Source of the DNA: Lama glama
Lineage: Eukaryota
Assembly (NCBI GenBank): GCA_028534125.1
Contig: CM052816.1
Span: 19,470,001 to 19,534,000 of the forward strand
Direction of reading: 5' to 3'
DNA length: 64,000 nt
Shown: piece after piece, positions 1 through 11,832 of the stretch
How the letters are laid out: every line of letters begins with the position of its first letter
How positions within the stretch are numbered: the stretch's first letter is position 1
Made by a program: the position numbers and the translations under genes
The notes under the pieces: generated by a model
Databases searched by the model: none
Seen by the model: only the letters and a program-made list of their open reading frames with translations
What the model was told of the DNA's origin: nothing

Positions 1-7
1 CTCTTAC

Positions 8-327
8 TTTTTTTTAATTTAATTTTTAATAGACTTTATTTATTGTTTTCACAGCAGTTTCAGGTTTACAGCAGAATTGAGCAGAAAATACAGAGAGTTC
101 ACACATAGCCCTCCCCACCCACACATATATACCCCCCTACCCTCAACATCCCTCATCAGTGTGGCATATTTGGTATAATCGATGAACGAACATGGACACA
201 TTATTATCAACCAAAGTCCATAGTTTACATTAGGATTCACTCTTGACATTGCACATTCGATGGATTTTGACAAATGCATAATGACATGTAGCCACCACTA
301 TGGTAGCATACAGAATTATTTCATTGC
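8..327 (-). mobile_element. Old L1 (L1MC-like) 3'-end fragment, copy A
   Basis: T-rich tail followed by typical L1M 3' UTR text (agcagtttcaggtttacagcagaattgagcagaaaatacagagagttc...). 92% identical to 54878-55152. Confidence 0.8.
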
Positions 328-1900
328 TGAGAAATCAGCTATTACTCTTGTTGAAGATCCTCGTATGTGATAAATCACTTCTTTACTGATGTTCTCAAAC
401 ACTGCCTTTGGCTTTGTCTTTCAACAATTCATTTATGATGTGTCTAGGTGGATCTCTGAGTTTATCCTACTGGGAGTTGATCTTGGAGATCTTGGATGTA
501 TAGATTAACGTTTTTCATCAAATTTAGGAGAGTTTTGGCCATTATTTCTTCATGTTCTTCTTGGCTTTCTGTCCTGTCCTGCGACACCAATTACATGCAT
601 GTTTGTATGTTTGATGGTGTTCCATGGGTCTCTGCTCATTTTTATTCATTCATTTTATTTTCTGTTCCTCACAAAATTGACCTACCTTCCTGTTCTTTAA
701 TTCTTTCTTCCACCACTTCAAATCTGTTGCTGAATTTCTCTAGTGAACTTTTCTTTTCAATTATTGTACTTTTCAACTACAGAATTTCTATTTGGCTTTT
801 TTTTAACATTTTTTCTTTATTCATATCCCCTATTTGGTGAGACACTGTTATATTTTCTTTTATATATATTTTTTTATTATAGTTAATTTATAATGTGTCA
901 ATTTCTGATGTACAGCACAATGCTTCAGTCATATAAGAATATATATATATTCATTTTCATATTCTCTTTCACCACAAGTTACTACAAGATATTAAATATA
1001 GTTCCCTGTGCTATATGGTATAAACTTTTCATTTATCTATTCTTTATATATTGGTTAGTATCTGCAAATCTCTAACTCCCAACTTATCCCTTCCCACTCC
1101 CATTCCCCCTAGTAAACCTAAGTTTGTTTTCTACGTCTGTGAGTCTGTTTCTGTTTTGTAAATAAGTTTGTCTTTTTTAGTTTTTTAGATTCCACATGAA
1201 TGATATCATATGGTATTCTTCTTTCTCTTTCTGGCTTACTTCATTTAGAATGACCATCTCCAGGTTCATCCATGTTGCTGCAAATGGCATTATTTTATTA
1301 TTTTTTATGGCTGAATAGTTTCTCATTGTATAAATATACCACAGCTTCTTTATCCAGTCATCTGTTGACGGACCTTTCAGTTGTTTACATACATATTTTC
1401 TTTTAGTTCTTTAGATAAGTGGTTTTCTTTAGTTCTTTGAACATATTAATAACATCTCATTGAAAGTCTTTACCTAGTAAGTCCAATAGATGGTCTTCCT
1501 TGGGGAAAGTTGCTTTTTTGGGGAGGGGGGTAGAAAATTGGACATTTTAAGTCATATAATATTGGAAACTCTGGAATTCAGATACTTCCCTCTCCCTAGC
1601 ATTGCCATTTTTTTTTCCTGAACTAATTCTGTAAAGCATGTATTCTTTGTTGGATGTCAGACCAAAGTCTTTGCTCAGCTTAACAGCTAATGGTTTGACA
1701 GAGTATTCCTAATGCCTGGAAGCAGTAAGTCTCCCAGCCTCTGCCAACGGGATCTGTGTGTTGGGGCATGTATTTAATGCTCCAACAGTTTACAACTCTT
1801 CTTTAACCTTCTTTTACTGCTTGCACAGAGTCTCAAGATTAGCCAGAGGTGAGCGATCAGGACCCTTCAGGACTTTCCTGGTAACTTCACTGGGATTCCT
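328..1900 (-). mobile_element. Degraded old L1M sequence, interrupted by a young L1 at 863-1392
   Basis: T-rich antisense L1-like text (ttcatcaaatttaggagagttttggccattatttctt). Boundaries approximate. Confidence 0.6.
863..1392 (-). mobile_element. Young 5'-truncated L1 (3' UTR)
   Basis: Matches the other young L1 3' ends in the window. 13-bp TSD atattttctttta at 850-862 and 1393-1405. Confidence 0.88.
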
Positions 1901-1959
1901 CAAGAGTGTTGCTAATTTTTCAATTTCATGGTTGGACTTTTCATACATGTTATTTTCAA

Positions 1960-2130
1960 TGACCTCATAGCCACCCTGTAAGGTGTGTATTAATGACATC
2001 ATTTTACAAATGTTGTAGCTGAACCGCATAGAGTTTAAATAACTTGCTCAAATTCTCACAGCGAGTAAGAATGTAGCCAAGTTAGGTCTTGAACACAAAT
2101 CTGTGCAAGTCTGTATCCTTTCCAAAGCAC
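1960..2130. mobile_element. MIR SINE remnant
   Basis: MIR core-like text (attttacaaatg...gtttaaataacttgctcaa...tcacagc). Approximate bounds. Confidence 0.6.
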
Positions 2131-2459
2131 AGAACTTCCCCAGGCTTGCCAACCAGGATCCCTAAGGAAGGCATGTTTAGTGGCCCATATGACCTCTGGA
2201 GGGCAATCAAAGGATTCAGATCTCTTAACACATCTCTTCACCTGACCCCTACCGTCCTATACCTAACACGATGTTCTACAGACCATGGCCAAGTTCTGCA
2301 GGATGGTGGTGTGGAAGGCACTGTCATACCAACACATTCACACAAGTTGTGCGAAGTGGACCCTGAATGTTTCAGGCACTAACTAGGGTATTCCACCACC
2401 TCCCCCACCTCTGACACCACACTACGTCAATGCGAAACCTTTTCACCACCAAAAAGGAA

Positions 2460-5400
2460 ATTTATTATTTACCATAAATGAAGATAAAGTACATTTTAAA
2501 CATGATTATTGTACAATAAAACACATATAGAACCACCTTAACGGCTTGTTCCAAGGCCAACATCCCTGTAACTACCACCTAAGTCAAGACGTAGAACTTT
2601 ACCAGTTAGCCCAGAAGCCCCTCCATGTCCCCATCCCAATCACAACTCTCCCCTTTCCCCCCATATAACCACTATCCTGATTTTATAGTAATCACTTCCT
2701 TGCATTTCTCTGTAGATAGAAATCCATGTGTGCATTCCTAGAATGCTTTAGTTCTCTTATAAAAATTTTTAAAATTTGTTATGTCTTCAACTCTCCTATT
2801 CTTTTTTTTTTCTTTCCTTGTAATTTATTTGTTGAAGAACCCAGGCAGTTTGACTTGTAGAATTTTCCAGTCTGGATTTTGCTGACTGTACACTCATATT
2901 CCCCTGTCTTCTGTTTCCTAGAAATAGACAGCTAGATGAAAAGGCTTGATCAGATTCAGATTTGATCTTTCTGGCAAGATTATAGGTTCTGTTCTTTCAT
3001 AGGAGGCACATAGGATCTAGTTGTCCCTCTTTTTATGAGGATAGCAGCCACTGATGCTCAGAATGCCTAGATCTATTACTTCACGGGTGCTGAAAAATTG
3101 TGATATCCTAGTTTCATTGTTTCCTTTTCATTTATTAACTGGGACACGTCTGTAAGAGAGTTTACCCTTACTAACTATGTGGTTACTCAGTAACACAGGG
3201 GATTTAAGAAAGATCAGTAATGCTTGATTCTCTCCCTTCATTTGACAGTGTTTGAGATAAAAGGATTAGTTCCTTAACACCCTCTAAAAGTGATCTCTTA
3301 GCTTTTTTTAGTATCACTATAAATGTATGGATTATATGATGAGTTTCAAAGCATTGTAATTATTAGCCTTATTGAAGCTCAAAGTGCTCATCTTTGGCCA
3401 GTAGGAGCCTCTTCAAGTTGTGTCCTGAGTCCTTTTGACACGATCCCAGTAATCTTTAATAGCTTCCTTGTTATCTGTATGATGAGACAGTCCTGGCTCA
3501 TCTGGTATATTTTCTATACTAGACTTATAATCAACCATTCCTTTAAAAATTCCTAGTTATTTTAGGGAGAAACTGTAGTTCAACATCACATTATGGGCAC
3601 TAAGGATGCATAATTATCAAGTTAATCAATGTTCTAAGTTTTTCAATGGATAAAGATAAATATGTTAGTAGTTTATATAGTTAGTAGTTGATACTTCCAT
3701 TTAAGTGCAGAACTCCTGGGTTTTTACCTAACTTTGTATTACATCCATATCGCCTTTCTTCCCTGAGTATCCTAGTTCTCAAGGACATAGAGGAAAACAG
3801 CATTAAACTGTCCCATAATTTCCCATCTGCTTTATCCTGTATTGCACACACCACAGTCTCAGAATAATATCACTAATAGTATCACCACTAAGTTGATTTC
3901 CAAAAAGTGGCTTAAAAATTTTTTGCACTCTCCCCATTCTTCCCCATTTTTTAGTTATACTGTATCTTCATTGTCCAAGGATATATTCATTAATGTGCTA
4001 TATTCTCTCCTTGTTGACCCATAATTGTCAGTTCAATAAATAATAATATTTTGTGTCCACTGTCAGTCCTAACGTTGATGCTTCGCTAGTCATTTTGGTT
4101 GGCTGAAACTTATTCTTTACTAGGTTCCTAAAGAGGGACTCAGGGGAACAATATCGGCCAAGTTTTTTAACACTGAATACAGTTTGTGCCCTTTATACTT
4201 AAGTCATTTTTGCTAAATCTAGAACTCATGGTTCACATTTCATTTCCTGAAGTATCTTACATGCGTTACTCCATTTTCTTTAGCATAAAGCATTACCATA
4301 GCAAAGTCTGATAATTAATTTTCTTTTCCTTATAAGCTTCTGCCTAGAAGCTTACAATTTCCTCCACTCTTTCTTCCTTTAAAGTCTAATAATTTTACTA
4401 GAATAGATTTTGGTGTTTGTTCTTGTAAGTCCATATTCTCAGTATGCAATGTGTGCTCTTTCAGTATAGTTTCAGTTCTTTTATTTCAGGTAACTGTTCT
4501 TACAGTATAGATTTTATTGTTTATTCTGTTCCTTTACTTTGTTTCTGTTTCAAATTCAAACTCCTAATATCCTTACATGGGATCAATTTTCCTTCATCTC
4601 CAATGTTCATCATTTTCTCTTAAATCCTTTTTATCTCTTCATTTCTTATTGATTTTTAAGAATTTCTCCCATTTTAATCCTGTATTTCTCTTAAGCTATT
4701 ATCTGTTGCATTTAATTGCTCCTAGTCTAGTTTAGTCTTCATTTTTCAACAGTTTTATTTCTAATTCTTTCCTGAGTTTTTTCACCTCACTTCTGTTCTT
4801 TCCTATATCATTTTCTTAAACATTCACCTTGCTCTGCAATTATACAGCACCGTTTTTTATCTGTTTTTGTGCACATATCTTTGTGGTGGGCTTTCATTAT
4901 CTACAGGGATATTATTTTCCACTTCACTCTTTTTTCTTTTTTTATTAAGTGTAGTGTATTCACAAGGTTGTATTAGTTTCTGGTGTACAGCAAAGTGATT
5001 CCATTATATACATATATACGTGTGTGTGTATAGTCTTTTTCATATTCTTTTTCATTATAGGCCACTACAAGGTATTGAACTTAGTTTCCTATGCTATATA
5101 GTAAGACCTTGTTGTTTGTCTATTTTACATATAGTAGTTAGTATCTGCAAATTTCGAACTCCCAATTTATCCCTTCCCACCCCCGTTCCTCCCTGGTAAC
5201 CAAAAGTTTGTTTTCTATGTCTGTGAGTCTGTTTCGGTTTCATAAATAAATTCATATCATTTTTGTAGATTCCACATATAAGTGATAATATATGGTATTT
5301 GTCTTTCTCTTTCTGGCTTACTTCACTTAGTATGATAATCTCTAGGTACATCCATCTGGCTGCAAATGGTATTACCTCATTTTTAATGGCTGAATAGTAT

Positions 5401-6520
5401 TCCATTGTATATATATACAACTACTTTATCCAGTCATCTGTTGATGGACATTTAGGTTGCTTCCATGTCTTGCCTATTGTAAATAATGCTGCTATGAACA
5501 CCGGGTTTTCAAATTGGAGTTTTCTCTGGATATCTGCTGCCAAGTAGTGGGATTGCTAGATCATATGGTAAATCTATTTTTAGTGTTTTAAGGAATCTCC
5601 ATACTGTTTTCCATAGTGGCTGCACCAATTTACATTCCCACCAAAAGTGAAGGAGGGTTCCCTTTTCTCCACACCCTCTCTGGCATTTATCACTTGTGGA
5701 CTTTTGAATGATGGCCATTGTGACTGGTGTGAGATGATACCTCATTGTAGTTTTGACTTGCATTTTGCTGATAATTAGTGATACTGAGCATCTTTTCATG
5801 TGTTTATCGGCCAGTTGTTTGTCTTCCCTGGAGAAATGTCTGGGTCTTCTGCCCTTTTTTTTTGATTGGGTACTCTCTTTTTTCTGATAATAATGTTGTA
5901 TGGGATTTTACCTCAATCTTTTTCTATTGCGTTTTTTAGTATCAGTTTAGTTTTCTCGAACTTTTAGGAGAAAGTGTGAGTCTAACTTTTTCAAATATTC
6001 CCTCTTGATTTAAAATGTTGCAGCTTGATTTCTGAGGTTTCCTGGTTCTAGTCCCCTCCTCCAGTTTTATCTGAACTTCTCTGGGTTCCTAATCTGCTCA
6101 ATTTTCATTCCACTCCCAATATTTCTCCTAAGTGTGGAGTGCTGTCCTTGAAAGAAGCCCTAGATGGTTAGTTTTGAAAGTTCACAGGGTCTATACTGTT
6201 TCAGCCCCTACAGAAATCTCCAGAAACCTCTTGCCCTACCACAGTAGTGGATTAGGCAGCACGCTTCCCGATCTCAACTGCTGTTCTCACATCAGCCCAC
6301 CATTATTTCCAGTGAATCCTTACTCCCCTGCTTCATCTCCCACAGATGCTAATACTATGCAGTGTGGCTCTTGGTAAGGGTAACTTGTTAACTAGTCTCA
6401 ATGTACATGCTGAGCATGGGTTTTTGGTTTTGCTGTCTAGTTGCTCTGTCTTTTCCTAAGAGGGAATCCAAGGATATCAAAAAACCAAGTCACTGTTGCT
6501 ACTGCTGCTGCTGTCTTCCC
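2460..6520 (-). mobile_element. Mosaic of old L1M fragments in CATSPER3 intron 2, interrupted by a young L1
   Basis: Long T-rich stretch with degenerate antisense L1-like phrases. Bounds approximate. Confidence 0.5.
4938..5874 (-). mobile_element. Young 5'-truncated L1 (ORF2 C-terminus plus 3' UTR)
   Basis: ORF 5509-5799 ([10 protein letters not shown]...[14 protein letters not shown]...LPYD) and ORF 5094-5420 ([10 protein letters not shown]) are L1 ORF2p C-terminal motifs. Probable 11-bp TSD ctcttttttct at 4927-4937 and 5875-5885. Confidence 0.92.
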
Positions 6521-6658
6521 AGATTTTTGAGTACTTTTTAAAGTCCTTAGAATTTTCCTACAGAAAAAATTTCTTAACAAAATGTTTTAAAAATCTTTTA
6601 ACATTCTCAAAAATAAAACAGGTGAAATAGAAGAAATGGACCCACTTTATCTGCTTAC

Positions 6659-6812
6659 CTCAAAAAATCTGAACAAGGGGAGTCTTGACTTTGGATAAGT
6701 CCACAAGATCATAACTATGGCATTACTTATGATGGTGCTAATCATAATTATCATAAAGACACGACTCGCTAAGAACTTCTTCACAAATGCCTGAAATTGA
6801 GACTCTTTTCTC
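6659..6812 (-). CDS. CATSPER3: CATSPER3 coding exon 2 (154 nt; includes first TM segment)
   Basis: tttgacag|G...GAG|gtaagc. Translates RKESQFQAFVKKFLASRVFMIIMISTIISNAIVMILWTYPKSRLPLFRFFE, resembling recalled human CATSPER3 (ECRAFVKRVIMSRFFKIIMISTVTSNAFFMALWT...RLFRLLE). Synteny with PCBD2 agrees. Later exons lie before base 1. Confidence 0.93.
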
Positions 6813-8322
6813 CTGTCAAAAAGATGAATAAGAGTTATGATTATCATACTACAGGGACAGATCCCCAAACAATGCGTATTTTTTTGTAGGGACTAGGGTT
6901 TGCTTCCCCCCTTCTATGGATGTAAACTTATATATACTTTAAAATTGCAGTGAAATACTAACTGAATGAAATATGAATGATGATTACACAGTGTGTATGT
7001 CCCCACTCGGTTACTCAGTTCCTTCTCTCTAGACCTTCGAAAAAGAATGGTTACTTCTTCTCAAGTGAAACAAAACATTACCTGTATTCACTCATTCAAC
7101 AAGTTTATACTGAGTTACTACTACCTGACAGGCAACATAGTGGGCACTGGGTATATAATGTCAATCGAGTAGGGAAAACTGCTAACCAATCACCTGTACA
7201 AGCGCTTATAAATCAATGATAAAAAACTGACCACCCTAAGAAAAAATGGGCAGTCAACTCATGAAAGAGTTGCAAATTAGAGTAAAACTATTAATTGTGC
7301 TTATAAAATTAGTAGAGACTTAAATATGACCATATTTCATGCCGGCAAAAGTGTGAGGGAGTAGTCCCATAAACTGCAGGGGAGATGCAAACTGACCAGC
7401 TTTTCTGAAAAGCCTTACCCTCGTTACCCTCTGACCCAAGGAATCTATTCCAAGAGAATACAACATGAAATGCAAACAGTGACTTTAGCCAAACATGTTT
7501 ATCCCAGCATTATTTACAGCAAAGAGAACTTGGAAACAATTAAAAAGACTAAAAAACAAAAAAAAGTTAAGTAAATTATGGCATATCCATCTCATGTAAT
7601 ATTATACAGACACTACAACATGTCTATGCATTTTTCATGATTTAGAAAAATGTTTATGACCCCTGGAAAGCAGAATACAGAAACAAAGCAAGATAAAATT
7701 TCTCCATTCGAAATTATCTCAACTGTGCAAAACAGAAAGAAAAAAATTTGGCATGAAATATGCCAAATTGTTGATAGTGTCTGCCTACAAATGGTGAGGT
7801 TATAGGTGATTCTTGTTCCTATTTTTTACATTCATCTGTGCTTTCCGAATTTTCTCAGAGTATGTGCTACTTTTTTCCAATATATATAGCAAATGATAGT
7901 TTCACTCAGTAAAAAAATATAGAGAGAGAATGTATATACTTTTATGATGTATAAAAACAAGATATGCAGTTTTCATTATATAATCTGAGATCAAGTCTGT
8001 TAGTAAAACAAAAACAAACCTTCAAATTATCTAACACAGTAGCAAATAAAAAAGGACAAAAAGGAGTCAAATTAGTCCTTCCGCCTACAGGTCAAATGAG
8101 AGTGTGACTTTAGTTTGATTAACCAGCCAAATGTTATATTAAAGCCCAGGAAGCAAACTGTTTGGCTGAGCCATCACCAGCCTCACCAGTCAGAGCAATC
8201 AGATCATCAAGGACGACTGCCTCAGTCTGGGAGGTGGATGAGTGCCTGCGAGAAGGGCCAAGAGGCCCCAGCATTGCCACCTGCACACTTCTTCACAAGC
8301 AACAGACATAGAGAATACTTAC

Positions 8323-8423
8323 TGAAATTTCCAGAATCTCCCACAGAACAGCAGTGACGCATTATCTAACAGTGAGCTAGAAATAACTTTTGTGTCGTTT
8401 TGGTGATGAAACTGTTGAGACAT
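8323..8423 (-). CDS. CATSPER3: CATSPER3 coding exon 1 (101 nt)
   Basis: gaaaATG at 8423 gives MSQQFHHQNDTKVISSSLLDNASLLFCGRFWKF, then CA|gtaagt. The phase-2 end joins exon 2 in frame (101+154=255 nt). Resembles recalled human MSQHRHQRHSRVISSSPVD. Confidence 0.9.
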
Positions 8424-8533
8424 TTTCCAAATTTTCAATTTCTATTCCTCGCTTTTACCATCCAACAGAAAACCCTTGCTTAGGAGTTTCCTTGGCATCT
8501 AGATTCCAAGAGGCTGCAGAGCAGGGTCCACTT

Positions 8534-8561
8534 TGAGGTCACTCTTTGTGAGGTCACTCTT
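8534..8561. promoter_or_regulatory. Tandem TGAGGTCACTCTT x2 in the CATSPER3 proximal promoter (CRE-like / nuclear-receptor half sites)
   Basis: Exact 13-bp direct repeat at 8534-8546 and 8549-8561, 111-138 nt upstream of the ATG. Function is inferred. Confidence 0.5.
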
Positions 8562-11301
8562 GGGCGTTCCAATAGTTACTAGGCTGCAGGCCCCTGGAGG
8601 GGAGAGTCCCTGGCTGATCTGCCCACGGATCCTCTCTTCCCAAGGAGCCCAAGCACCTCAGTTCAGCAAAAGACTTACAAGCACTCCATTAACTGTGAAG
8701 CTCTGGGCCAGACCCTCCTTCTTCAGGAAGCACCCATATCCGACAGACAAAACCCCTTAATAATGTGTTAGAATAGGTTAAGGGTCACAGAAGAGGGGAA
8801 AGCCAAGTTCCCTGGAGTTTAAGAGCAAGAGTGCACATCCCGGGCATGGCACTGGAGACCCCTGGAAGGACACAAGATTTTGATGGATTTGGGGCTAGAA
8901 CACAAGAAACAGGAGGTGCAGAGATATTCATGCCCAGCACTGGCTAACCAGGGGCGTGGAATGTGCATGTATGAACCACACCAACAGAGTATAAGGGATT
9001 AGCCATGGGTAGAGATGTCTCAGGTACAAGAGCAATACGGTCTTCTGCTCTGTTCCATTCTTGGAACTAATATATTCCCCTCATTCTACTTCTCCAAGCC
9101 CCTTTGGCTTCCAAGGCAAATCCAAACAGACTTCTGGATAGTCCTGGGTTGAATTAAATGTTTAGTGGCTAAGTTGTTCAAATTCCTCAAAACTTAATTT
9201 CTTAGGCCATAATAAAAGGTGATGACCACCTCACCACCTCCACTGTGCCCAGAATTCTAAAATAAGCATATGCGACCATTTCGGGTAAGGAAATACTCTC
9301 GTGGGTAAGCAGTATGCTGACCTGGGAAATTACATCTTATATACTCAATTTCTCCACTTAAATTCATCAACAGCAAAGCTTTAAAAAACTTTTTGATGAA
9401 CATCCCCTAGATTCAAACTTTGGCCTCATCTTCTCATTCTACATTCTCTCCCTCTGGGATCAAGCTCCTCCCATGCCTCCCACTGCCTCCCTTGGGGCTA
9501 TATGCCCCCTAACGCTTTCTGGGCTCCTGCCCAATATGCCCACAGTGGCCTCCTGGAGCAGCTGCTTGGGACAGCCTGAATCAGTTCTCCATCTCTGTTT
9601 CCACCTGCCCCGATACATCAATGTGCCTAATCCTGCTGGGGCAGACAAGGATCTCAGTGAATGTGTGCTAGGTGAATATACAAATGAATGGCTCAGGGGC
9701 CCTTACACTCACTCAAGTAGCTGAGCCTAGCAGGATTTGATTTCCAGGAACCCCAACGGTACACATCTGTCCTTCCCCTCTTTAAGCACCAAAGCATGCC
9801 TTTGGGGAGAAATGAATAAGAGATTAAGGATGTAAAAAACTCCTTCTTGGTGGCTTGGACAGGTGAGGAAAGATGGCCAGGTGGAAGCAGTCAAAAAGAG
9901 CCCAGTTGCTCTTGGTGGACTACACCAGCGCAGCCAACCACAGCTGAACATGGTTTCTGAATTCACTGACGAAAACATCTAGTCTGGGACCAGGACTCCA
10001 GCTGGTGGGTGGCATCAGAGGTGACGCACTAATTCAGCCCTACTGAAATCATCCCTATCTCCTTAAGGATAGGTGGGCAGGGCGGGCATCCTGAGATGAG
10101 AAGCTAAAGGGCCATCTCTTCTGTCCTTCCAGCAGCAGCTCACACTCAGCCCAACACGGGCAGCGCCAACTCAGCAGCACACAGCTGAGGACAGTCAGCA
10201 GTCAGCAGGCACGGCACCTTGGTGATTCAAGTCTTCCGGCCAAGTTCCATGTGTAACTGGAATTGAAAGACAAAGTTCACGTATCATAGCTAAACCCATT
10301 CCATTTCTGGCTGTTCTGCAGGAAACTTTATAAAACTAGAAGTTACCGAGTTCAACTAGGATATTTTTGGATGCTGGATTAGAAAGTATAGACTACTCCA
10401 CACTAACACTAGTAGTCCAATACTTCAACACTAACAGAGGTCAGCTCTGTGTCCACATGCATTATACATGTCAGAAAGTACATAGTATTTTCAGAACTTT
10501 CATTAACTTCACTTTAGAAAACAACACTGTCAAACATGCTAGCCCTGAATTATTATCTACAGAGGTCATGCAAAGCGTCAAAGGTCATGCCTACTTAACT
10601 CCCCTCTACTCCAGCGGTCATTTAGAAAGAAAAAGGAGGGAAATCAAAGGTTACCACATCAGAGAAACCACTGTCATCACACAAAGCCATGGAACAGAAG
10701 AAAACTTGGGAGCCTCCAATTTTGACAATGTCTCTTTTAAGCTGAAATGAGTTACTTAAAGCAAGTCTGGGGATTCATTTTGTTGGAATTACCACAGGGA
10801 GTATTTCCACAGACTTCTGATATGGGATCTTTGATTCTCTACAGTAAAGTTCATGAGTTCCAGCAGATGTGATGCCCCTTAATGTTGCCCATTTGTCACA
10901 CCTTCACTGAGATGTTAATTAACAGCTGTGTTCTCAGGTCTTCACCGTCTCAACTATAAACCGTATCCACTCTCTCCACTGTGCTCTCCGTGGTGTAGGT
11001 TAATAGTTTAGCCTCTCAGATTCACATTCAAAATAGGGGGAAAGATGTCCAGGGTACAGTGAAACAAGCTAAATAACACCACATGGAAGCAAACAAATGA
11101 ATTCAGAATATTCAACATGACCCAGTTTTTACAATAAATCAAAGACATGGAGAGAAAGGGGAAGTTGGCGTGGACAGGGTAGGGGGATGGGGCGCTTGCT
11201 TGTACCAAACTGAAAGATTAGAGAGAGACAACAACCAGATGTGATGAGTGAACTTCATGTGGATCCTGATTAGAACAAAATTACGTCCAAAGACATTCTT
11301 G

Positions 11302-11429
11302 GCTGGGAGGGGGTAGCTCAGCAGCAGAGTGCATGCTTAGCATGCACGAGGTCCTGGGCTCAATACCTAGAACTTCTGTTTAAAATCAATCAATCTAATT
11401 ACCTCTCCCCCAAAAAAATTTAAAAAAAA
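11302..11429 (+). mobile_element. tRNA-Ala-derived SINE (camelid vic-1-like)
   Basis: tRNA-like head (gtagctcagcagcagagtgcatgcttagcatgcacgaggtcctgggctcaatacc), A-rich tail, and 13-bp TSD aaagacattcttg at 11289-11301 and 11430-11442. Confidence 0.9.
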
Positions 11430-11832
11430 AAAGACATTCTTGACATTCAGAGCAGTTTGATTTTCCCAGGTATTAGGTGATACTAAGAAATCATGTTTTA
11501 TTTTGTTAGGTGTGATGATAGCATTCTGGATTACCCCCAAAAATGACCATACTTTCTAGAGATGTTTACTGAAGGATGCAGGGGTAAAATGACATGCTAT
11601 CTGGGATTTGCTTTTAAATACTTCAGCAAAGAAAAAGGAAATGGGGGATTATATGGAGTAACTGGGGCAAAATCTTGGTAATTATTAAATCCCACCATCC
11701 AGGTAAGGTGAGGGTTAGGGTTAGTACACAGGGGTTGAATGTACTATTTACTCTATTTTTAAATATGTTTAAATTTTTTCATTTTTAAAAGTTCATGTAA
11801 AAAGTTTGAAGTACTGAACTAAAAATCTTTGG

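Noticed and set aside
2193..2205. CTCF-like CCTCTGGAGGGCA
   Set aside because: Mismatch at a core position and no supporting context.
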